Shown one piece after another: positions 56,809 to 64,000 of a stretch of 64,000 bases of DNA. Within the stretch, counting starts at the first letter, position 1. Each line of letters starts with the position of its first letter. The stretch comes from an uncultured Lentisphaeria bacterium. Lineage in GTDB: Bacteria > Verrucomicrobiota > Lentisphaeria > Victivallales > UBA1829. The notes under the pieces are model-generated. The model was not told the origin of the DNA. It made no database searches and saw only the letters and a program-made list of their open reading frames with translations. The translations under genes were made by a program, and so were the position numbers. The DNA is taken from positions 79,764 through 143,763 of the forward strand of contig CAJKAR010000001.1 of the NCBI GenBank assembly GCA_905197955.1. Reading direction: 5' to 3'.

Positions 56809-58086
56809 TCATTCCCATTCGATCGTTCCTGGAGGCTTGGAGGTGATGTCGTAAACGACACGGTTGACTCCTTCGACTTCGCGAATAATACGCTCCGTCA
56901 TGGTATCAAGCAGTTCCCACGGAAGACGAACCACCTGCGCCGTAACAGCATCCACACTGTTGATGGAGCGGATCGCAATCACATAATCGTAGGTACGCTT
57001 GTGGTTCTTCATGCCAACCGTTTTCACGGGAACAAAGATGGCAAAAGTCTGCCAGGTCTTGTGGTACCAGCCGGATTTCAGCAGTTCCTCTGTGACGATG
57101 GCATCGGCCTCGCGAAGAATCTTGAGCGTGCTTCTGTCAATCGCTCCAAGATGGCGGACTCCGAGGGAGGGACCAGGGAACGGATGACGGTCAATGAGTT
57201 CCGAAGGCAGTCCGAGAAGACGTCCCACCACACGCACTTCGTCCTTGAACAGACGTTCCACCGGTTCGACAAGCTTGAATTTCAGATCCTTGGGAAGTCC
57301 GCCGACATTGTGATGACTCTTGATGACCCCTGCCGGATTGCCATCCAGCGGAATACTTTCCAGAATATCCGGATAGATCGTTCCCTGTCCGAGGAAAGGT
57401 GCGTCGATCTTCGCTGCGGCTTCCGCAAACACATCAATGAACTCCTTGCCGATGATCTTGCGCTTCTGTTCCGGATCCTTGACTCCCTGAAGTTTATCAA
57501 GGAAGCGGTCGGAGGCATCAATGTAGCAGAGATTCATGTCGAAGTTTCTAGCAAAGACCTCCTGCACCATCTCCGGTTCATTTTTGCGGAGCAGACCATG
57601 ATTGACAAAGACACATGTGAGCTGCTTGCCGATCGCCTTGTGAATCAGGGCGGCAACAACAGAGGAATCGACTCCGCCGGAAAGTCCGAGCACGACCTTC
57701 TGATCTCCAACCTGTTCGCGGATGTCGCGGATCGCCTCGTCAATAAATTTTTCCATCGTCCAGGAACCGGTGCATCCGCACTGTTTCATGCAGAATTCAA
57801 CCGCTTCTTCGACACGGGCCTTCGGATCGGCATTCTTCTCCACAGTCAGATGAAAAACGGGCAGTCCGAGAGAGGTGAATTTCTTGAGTTCCTCCTCATG
57901 AGCGGGAGCATCGGCATCGGCACAGACGATGAGTCCGACCGGCTTCTCCTGCATGAGCCGCTCCGTACTGACTGTGTACGGCATGACCATCGTGTAAATG
58001 TGACGGTCACGGATGGCGCGTGCTATTTTCTGAATGTCGTCACAGACGAAATTCAGAAGCACGACTGTTTCCGGGGTTTGTTTCAT
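56809..58086 (-). CDS. guaA: GMP synthase, ATP-pyrophosphatase and dimerisation domains intact, glutamine amidotransferase domain degenerate
   Basis: SGGVDSS P-loop at aa 135-141, KRKIIG, NVGGLP and C-terminal VVYDITSKPPGTIEWE. The N-terminal region is only ~110 aa and lacks the G-x-C-x-G nucleophile elbow. Confidence 0.9.
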   Translation of the reverse strand: MKQTPETVVLLNFVCDDIQKIARAIRDRHIYTMVMPYTVSTERLMQEKPVGLIVCADADAPAHEEELKKFTSLGLPVFHLTVEKNADPKARVEEAVEFCMKQCGCTGSWTMEKFIDEAIRDIREQVGDQKVVLGLSGGVDSSVVAALIHKAIGKQLTCVFVNHGLLRKNEPEMVQEVFARNFDMNLCYIDASDRFLDKLQGVKDPEQKRKIIGKEFIDVFAEAAAKIDAPFLGQGTIYPDILESIPLDGNPAGVIKSHHNVGGLPKDLKFKLVEPVERLFKDEVRVVGRLLGLPSELIDRHPFPGPSLGVRHLGAIDRSTLKILREADAIVTEELLKSGWYHKTWQTFAIFVPVKTVGMKNHKRTYDYVIAIRSINSVDAVTAQVVRLPWELLDTMTERIIREVEGVNRVVYDITSKPPGTIEWE

Positions 58087-58175
58087 AGGCTACTACTCCA
58101 AAGTTCAAATTGAAATAAGTTGAACGCAAAATACACCGTTTTTTCCGATTCTTCAAATCGAAGGGAGGAATTTTC

Positions 58176-58199
58176 GGGAAAAATCTCGCGATTTTTCCC
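58176..58199 (-). terminator. Hairpin downstream of the DUF1846 gene
   Basis: Perfect 10-bp stem (GGGAAAAATC pairs with GATTTTTCCC) with a 4-nt loop, 35 nt after the stop. No clear U-tract. Confidence 0.45.
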
Positions 58200-58233
58200 A
58201 TTCTCCATAAAAGCGGAAATGCGGGCAGCCGGT

Positions 58234-59748
58234 TCAGTCGATAAAGAGATCGCGGCTGGCGAATTTCGCATCGGAAGTCAGATTGATCCCCAGCTTCCGG
58301 AGTCCCGCCTCATCCCCCGGAGTCGGCAGATGGGAGATGTGCATCTCGCATCCCGCCAGTTTCCGGAGCTGGCTCAACGCCAGTTTCGCGGTCGGATTGC
58401 TGTTCGCACTCACGCTCAGAGCAATCAGAGTCTCGTCCAGATCCAAACTCACACGGCGGCTCCGGAAGATGTTCTTTTTCAGAAGCCGGACAGAATCAAT
58501 CACACCGGGAGCAATCAACTGAAGCTCATCCGGCAGTTTCGCCACCATCTTGACCGCGTTCAAAATGCAGCTCGATGCAGCGTGCATCAGCGGAGAATTC
58601 GTTCCGGAAACAATAGTCCCATCGGGGAGTTCCAGTGCAGCGCCGCAGAAGAATCCATCGTTCCCCTTTCCTTTGGTCTGAGAGGCGCGGAGCGCCGCGG
58701 CCCGCGCAGGTTCCACAACCTTCCGATCCGTATCCTTCAAGCCCAGATTGTCCATCAGGACCTTGACGCGGTCAATGGTCTTGCGGTCGGCTCCGCCAAG
58801 CGTATATTCGCACTGATAGCGGAAGTACCGGCGGATAATCTCCTGCTTCGATGCCTCCCGGACGACTTCGTCATCGGAAATAGCAAACCCTACGCGGTTC
58901 ACGCCCATGTCAGTCGGAGATTTATAGCACTGTTCCGGCTTCATGATCCGTTCGCAGATACGGCGCACAACGGGGAATATTTCAATGTCGCGATTGTAAT
59001 TCACCGCCATTTTATGGTAATGTTCCAGATGGAAGGGATCCACCATGTTGATGTCGCCGATATCGGCAGTGGCGGCCTCATAGGCGATGTTGACCGGATG
59101 ATTCAGCGGAAGGTTCCAGACCGGAAAGGTTTCAAACTTTGCATATCCGGCGGGAATGCCGCGCTTGTGTTCGTGATAGACCTGCGAAAGACAGGTTGCC
59201 ATTTTTCCGCTGCTGGGACCGGGACCGGTGACGATCACAATCGGCTTGTCACTTTCGATGTACTCATTTGCGCCGTAGCCGCTGTCGCTCACGATCAGAT
59301 CGACATCGGCAGGATACCCTTTGATCGCGCGGTGCTTGTAAACCCGGATCCCGCGCCGCTCCAGACGGTTGATGAAATGATTGACCGCCGGATGATCATC
59401 GTAACGCGTTACAACAACGGCCTTTACGGAAATTCCCCATTCGCGGAGATTGTCGATAATCAGAAGCGTATCGGCATCATAGGCAATCCCGAAATCGGCG
59501 CGAATCTTCTTGCGCTCAATGTCGCCGGAATAGATGCAGATCACAACGTCGATTTCCTCTTTGAGTTTCTGCAGAAGTTGGAGTTTCACATTCGGATCGA
59601 ATCCCGGGAGAATTCGCGCCGCATGATAATCATACGCCAGTTTTCCCCCGAATTCCAGATACAGTTTGTTCCCGAAGGAGCGCGCCCGTTTCAGAATTTC
59701 TTCAGACTGTTCCTGAAGATACAACGCATTGTCAAAACCTGTTTTCAT
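58234..59748 (-). CDS. DUF1846 (UPF0371) family protein
   Basis: Start at MKTGFDNALYLQEQSEEILKR. GKLYLEFGGKL..D.HAARILPGF is the family N-terminal signature as I recall it. Confidence 0.7.
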   Translation of the reverse strand: MKTGFDNALYLQEQSEEILKRARSFGNKLYLEFGGKLAYDYHAARILPGFDPNVKLQLLQKLKEEIDVVICIYSGDIERKKIRADFGIAYDADTLLIIDNLREWGISVKAVVVTRYDDHPAVNHFINRLERRGIRVYKHRAIKGYPADVDLIVSDSGYGANEYIESDKPIVIVTGPGPSSGKMATCLSQVYHEHKRGIPAGYAKFETFPVWNLPLNHPVNIAYEAATADIGDINMVDPFHLEHYHKMAVNYNRDIEIFPVVRRICERIMKPEQCYKSPTDMGVNRVGFAISDDEVVREASKQEIIRRYFRYQCEYTLGGADRKTIDRVKVLMDNLGLKDTDRKVVEPARAAALRASQTKGKGNDGFFCGAALELPDGTIVSGTNSPLMHAASSCILNAVKMVAKLPDELQLIAPGVIDSVRLLKKNIFRSRRVSLDLDETLIALSVSANSNPTAKLALSQLRKLAGCEMHISHLPTPGDEAGLRKLGINLTSDAKFASRDLFID

Positions 59749-59883
59749 GTTTCTGTCGCCGGATAAGCTATTAAAAGTGTCACACAATTATGGAATAGGA
59801 TAATTTACCTCCGCAACAGTCAAAAACAAGTGGCGGAGGCAAAAAAGTCCATACGGAAATTCCGAAACGCGAAACAAAAAACA

Positions 59884-62541
59884 TCACAGATTCCGGAACG
59901 CAAGCCGGATGGTGGAGCCGTTGGAAGGAAAGGCAATCTTCAGCAGTGTGGTATAGCCTTTTCCTTTCGCGGGAATCAGCTCCGCATGGAGGAAAGAAGA
60001 GAACACGATCTCCGCTTTCCGGCCGTTTCGTTCACAGATCAGTCTGTCGCCGGAGAGCGTGAGCTTCGCATCCGGATGCACCTGGAACGGAAGAAGCAGA
60101 AACGCCGACTGCAAATTCGAATTCTTCAAAGAAACGCTCAGTTCCGTCTCCCGCTCCGCGAGCCGGTAATCCCAGCGGAGCGTCCCCGCGCCGTCAGGCA
60201 GGTTCCCGATGATCTCAATGTGGTTCTTCTGCGCGCGGAGCGTGTTACGCTCTCTGCCGGAAACAAACAAGGAACCATCCGAACGTGTCCCGCCGACGCT
60301 GCTCCATGTCACATCGGAAATTTCCGAAACGGCATTCTTTTTCGGACTTCTCATTCCACTGAGGAACCATCCCATGTCCTCGCTCCAGAGACCGAGAGGG
60401 CCTCCCGTGGTAATACCAGGAAGACGCCATTTCGCCCCCGTGACATCCGCAAAGACGATCCCGTAAATTCCGGCATTCTTCCATGCGGCAAATCCGGGAA
60501 GAGTCCAGAGACCTTTTTCCGCCTCATACGGGAGCTTGACTTTCTTTGCCTTCAGCGGACGAGTATACGCTTCGTAAAGTTCACGGGACCAGTGACTCCC
60601 CAAACCGCTCCACCGTTCCCCCTTGTGCGCGAGATCCCAGTTGATCAGCCGGAGCGCCCATTCATCGGAATTGACATGATGGGCAAATGTGCCGGCACTG
60701 CCGACTCCTTTTTCCGGCATTTTCTCCATCTGATGGTGCGTATAGGCAAGATCGAAATCATTCCGCGCCATGTAATGCCCCGGCCAGCTCGGAGAGCTGA
60801 TTCTTCCCCATGTCCGATTGTTGAGAGCACTCGGCGCCCCCTCCTCCGGAACCCAGAAGAATTTTTTGAACTCCAGATTCTTTTGGATCCCCTGTTTCAG
60901 CTTCTCCACGAGAACGGGATCGGCATCCTTCAGGGCCGAATACTTGTGCCAGATGGCTACGACGGAAAACATATTCAGATGATCGTAATTGCCGTCGGGC
61001 CCGCCCTCCTCCAGAAAATAGCCTGCGGGATGCTGACCGTGTTTGGAGGCCGGCGTAAACAGATTATCCAGATACGCATTCATCTGGAGCTCGAAATACC
61101 GGCGGAAGCGCGCTTCCCCCGTTGCCAGATAAACATAAAGATGACCGGAAATCATATCCGCCCACTGGTTCGACTCATACGCCATGTAGGAGGCGCTCTT
61201 GTCTCCGAGCGCCATCACGCCATCGCGCCAGATTTCCCGTGCCTCCGGATCCAGCAGATGCTGCATCTGATACAGCCCTTTGGCAAGCGCATCGTAAGCA
61301 AAAAACGTATGGGTGATCGGATAATTCGTCTTGCGGAAATCGCCCTCGCGCAGCAGGTCATCCCCCTGCATGAGAACAAAATTCGAAAACGCCGCAAGAA
61401 CCGCCCGGTTGATCAGTCCCCTGTTCTGATAAGCGATATTCATTTTCGCAGGAATCGAAACGGTTCCGCTGAGAGCGGAGGCGGCAAAATAAGCGCCCAG
61501 ACGATTTTCCAGGAAATTGCGCCGATTGGTCAATGCACTCCGTTTTTCCGGCGGAATCAGACAGCCGGCCTGGAGCTTCGACGGATCCACCAACTGTTCC
61601 CGGCACCCCCGGACCAGCATCCCAAGACTGCCGTATTTCCCAAACAGCAGACACTCCGTCTGCAGATTGCGCAAATTCTCCGGAGCCCGCGCCGGATACT
61701 TCAAATTAACTGCGAAATCCTCCGGTTTGAATTTCAGCTCATACCTTCTAGCCCGCGCCGGAAGCGGTCCGCTCAGAAGCGAACCAGCGACCGGAACAAG
61801 TCCTCCTTTGAGTTTCATTGCCGCCTCGGGAGTCGGACACAGCAGTCCGGGCATTCCGTCGATCGCCACCCCTCCCCCGTTTGCCAGCACAGAGGTATCC
61901 AGAGCAAGCACTTTTCCCGCGGGCAGATTCCCGATCACCGTGAAAAAACGTCGTTTGTTCGGCTGTTTCGCGTAATCGGCAAGATTCCTCTCTCCGTACA
62001 GAACCGGAAGACGGATCTTCCGATGGAAAGGCAATACCTCCACGATCAGTTTTTCCGAAGTCTCAGGCACATACAGATACATCTTCTCCGGGAACAGTTT
62101 CCCGAAGCCGAGCGCCATCTCGCCCCGAACTCCCCAGACATCCGTTTTAGGAAAGGAAAGCCGGTACCGGTCGTTCGAACCGTTGGAAACGGAAATCCGC
62201 CAGACTCCGCCCCTTCCGGCTGGAACCTTCAGCACGTATTCCTGCACCTGTTTTTTCTGCAGCCCCAGATCGGCATACGCTGCCAGACGACCATCCGGAT
62301 CGAACACCCGGAGAAGCGCAATATTCGGCCATCCGATCGCATATCCCGGCGGTGAAGCAAACTGTTTCGAATCGCGGACAAGACGGATCTCCCTGGGTCC
62401 GCCATCCGGATACTCCGCAAGCACTCCGAATCCGCGCACGTTTCCACCGAGCGGAACAATATGCGGATCCAGCGTAATCATCTCCGGAGCGCCGGATACG
62501 GTAAGAATCAGACAGAAAAAAAGCGCTGTCAGCAGTTTCAT
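59884..62541 (-). CDS. Large secreted hypothetical protein (polysaccharide lyase/hydrolase-like toroid + beta-sandwich, tentative)
   Basis: 885 aa with a signal peptide (MKLLTALFFCLILTVSGA). ATGA overlap with the upstream gene. Confidence 0.35.
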   Translation of the reverse strand: MKLLTALFFCLILTVSGAPEMITLDPHIVPLGGNVRGFGVLAEYPDGGPREIRLVRDSKQFASPPGYAIGWPNIALLRVFDPDGRLAAYADLGLQKKQVQEYVLKVPAGRGGVWRISVSNGSNDRYRLSFPKTDVWGVRGEMALGFGKLFPEKMYLYVPETSEKLIVEVLPFHRKIRLPVLYGERNLADYAKQPNKRRFFTVIGNLPAGKVLALDTSVLANGGGVAIDGMPGLLCPTPEAAMKLKGGLVPVAGSLLSGPLPARARRYELKFKPEDFAVNLKYPARAPENLRNLQTECLLFGKYGSLGMLVRGCREQLVDPSKLQAGCLIPPEKRSALTNRRNFLENRLGAYFAASALSGTVSIPAKMNIAYQNRGLINRAVLAAFSNFVLMQGDDLLREGDFRKTNYPITHTFFAYDALAKGLYQMQHLLDPEAREIWRDGVMALGDKSASYMAYESNQWADMISGHLYVYLATGEARFRRYFELQMNAYLDNLFTPASKHGQHPAGYFLEEGGPDGNYDHLNMFSVVAIWHKYSALKDADPVLVEKLKQGIQKNLEFKKFFWVPEEGAPSALNNRTWGRISSPSWPGHYMARNDFDLAYTHHQMEKMPEKGVGSAGTFAHHVNSDEWALRLINWDLAHKGERWSGLGSHWSRELYEAYTRPLKAKKVKLPYEAEKGLWTLPGFAAWKNAGIYGIVFADVTGAKWRLPGITTGGPLGLWSEDMGWFLSGMRSPKKNAVSEISDVTWSSVGGTRSDGSLFVSGRERNTLRAQKNHIEIIGNLPDGAGTLRWDYRLAERETELSVSLKNSNLQSAFLLLPFQVHPDAKLTLSGDRLICERNGRKAEIVFSSFLHAELIPAKGKGYTTLLKIAFPSNGSTIRLAFRNL

Positions 62542-64000
62542 TGTTTTTCTCCAGGTTCAATGGTATAGGCGAAGCGGATGACTTCGCCCTGTTTCAGTTT
62601 TGCAGGGAAACGCATCACGAACGATCCGCCGGAAGAGGCGATCGCACGATAGCGGAAGGGCGTCAGAAGACGGAAGTCATACGGCTTGTCAAATGTGATC
62701 CGCATGGTGGAACCGTTTTTGTCCTTCACAACGATCCGGTCGGCACGGAAGGGAGGATTGTTCCAGCGAACCGTCTCCAGAGAACGGGTCGGAGCTTTGG
62801 GACGGGTCGGAGTATCTACGGTTTTCGGCAGGGCCAGAGGAGCCGTCCTGTTGTCGAGAGCAATCGAAACGGTTTTATCATCGGCGGCGAACGGAATGGA
62901 GTGATTGAGTTCCTGGCAATCGAAATCCGCCAGGGCACGGATCTCTCCGCGAACGTGGATTTTTTCCCCGTCAAACTGGAGAGTTCTTGTCACATCCAGC
63001 GGAACAAGCGGAATCTTCTCGCGAATGACATAGCGTTTTTCATTCTCCCGGAAAGAGATCTCCGGCTGTGCGTAGCAGGAGGCAAAGACCTCAGGATTCA
63101 CATCCGCCTTGCGCCAGACACGGAAGAGCGGTTTGCGGGCGCGTCCCCACACGGTATTGGAATCGCCCACCGTGTGATTCTGTCCCAGAATCGCGACCCC
63201 GTACCCCTGCATGTAGACACCCGAAAGAGCGCCGGGCTTGGTTGCGCGATCATATCCGCCATATCCCATCGCGGCGGGACCGTCGAGATCCAGAGAGTTC
63301 GTGCCGCGCAAAACGATCTCCGACCAGTCGCACCAGGGCTGCAGACGCGGTCCCGTATACAGAATGGAATATGTCCGTCCCGATTTGATAAACAAATATT
63401 TCTCCGCAATCTTCCGAACGAAATCCCCCGGTTCCAGACACGGCCACGGTTTCGCGGGTGCCATCCCTTTCTCCCCCTTCCAGAGATCCAGATAAGTGAC
63501 GCGCCCGATCATCTCCGCCGGCTGTCCGTTCTTATGGGTCATGTAGCGAGTCCGGAAATTCAGGTCCGTGGGAGAACAGGTATGCGAGAAGGTGTTGAAA
63601 TTCTTTTCCTGTCCATCCCGCTTGAGCATGGTCAGATGAGTTTTCAGAATATTGAAGCGGTCGAACCAGCGAACCGTATCCTCGCAGGGGAACTGCTTCC
63701 AGATATCGCCCCAGAGCCAGGTCTGTTCGCAGGTATATTCGCCGTCGAATCCGAACTGTTCGGGCATGTATCCGGCATCGGTGAATCCGGCATCGGTATC
63801 TAGCTTGCCGATCCGGTCGTCGAAGGAAGTGCGGTCCGGTTCAATCCGTCCGTAGAGATTCGGAGAGGCGACAAGGCGCTGAGCTCGCTGAATCTCCATC
63901 TTCAAATCCGCATCGCCGAGCCAGTTGTAAATGCGGACCATGGAGCTCATATTGTATCCCCACTGATTCGATACTTCGGCAACATGCATGTTCTTGCGGC
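62538..64000 (-). CDS. Hypothetical protein (lyase-like beta-sandwich C-terminus), N-terminus off window
   Basis: The frame stays open upstream of the listed Met (…RKNMHVAEV) to the window edge. Confidence 0.35.
   Translation of the reverse strand, partial: RKNMHVAEVSNQWGYNMSSMVRIYNWLGDADLKMEIQRAQRLVASPNLYGRIEPDRTSFDDRIGKLDTDAGFTDAGYMPEQFGFDGEYTCEQTWLWGDIWKQFPCEDTVRWFDRFNILKTHLTMLKRDGQEKNFNTFSHTCSPTDLNFRTRYMTHKNGQPAEMIGRVTYLDLWKGEKGMAPAKPWPCLEPGDFVRKIAEKYLFIKSGRTYSILYTGPRLQPWCDWSEIVLRGTNSLDLDGPAAMGYGGYDRATKPGALSGVYMQGYGVAILGQNHTVGDSNTVWGRARKPLFRVWRKADVNPEVFASCYAQPEISFRENEKRYVIREKIPLVPLDVTRTLQFDGEKIHVRGEIRALADFDCQELNHSIPFAADDKTVSIALDNRTAPLALPKTVDTPTRPKAPTRSLETVRWNNPPFRADRIVVKDKNGSTMRITFDKPYDFRLLTPFRYRAIASSGGSFVMRFPAKLKQGEVIRFAYTIEPGEKQ

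Overview
This looks like a chromosomal window from a PVC-superphylum bacterium, possibly Lentisphaerota or Kiritimatiellota. That placement is an inference from the repeated [16 protein letters not shown] pilin-like DUF1559 genes and the heavy load of secreted carbohydrate-active proteins. The left ~16 kb holds a BNR/Asp-box sialidase-like gene (5' end off window), an LRR receptor Ser/Thr kinase and two MATE exporters, one of them frameshifted. It also holds a minus-strand block clpB-grpE-dnaJ-smpB, an IclR regulator with an FAD oxidoreductase, and an atypical lexA. From about 17 kb to 56.5 kb the window is dominated by glycan-utilisation loci. Four of them repeat the same architecture: a LacI- or AraR-type regulator, a pilin-like DUF1559 protein lacking Gly(-1), and a giant secreted CAZyme-like protein. 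A fifth locus (41.3-47.6 kb) encodes a cytoplasmic sugar-processing set: TIM barrel, SIS, a Gfo/Idh/MocA pair and a GH20-like protein. An intact IS3-family element (~54.29-55.47 kb) splits one CAZyme gene in frame. The right end carries guaA with its glutaminase core deleted, a DUF1846 gene and two large secreted lyase-like proteins, the last running off the window. I recognised no rRNA, tRNA, tmRNA or CRISPR array. Many long ORFs antisense to recognisable genes are treated as artefacts. The best candidate for an undescribed system is the repeated regulator / Gly-less pseudopilin / giant enzyme cassette. All protein-family calls are by-eye motif recognition, not searches.
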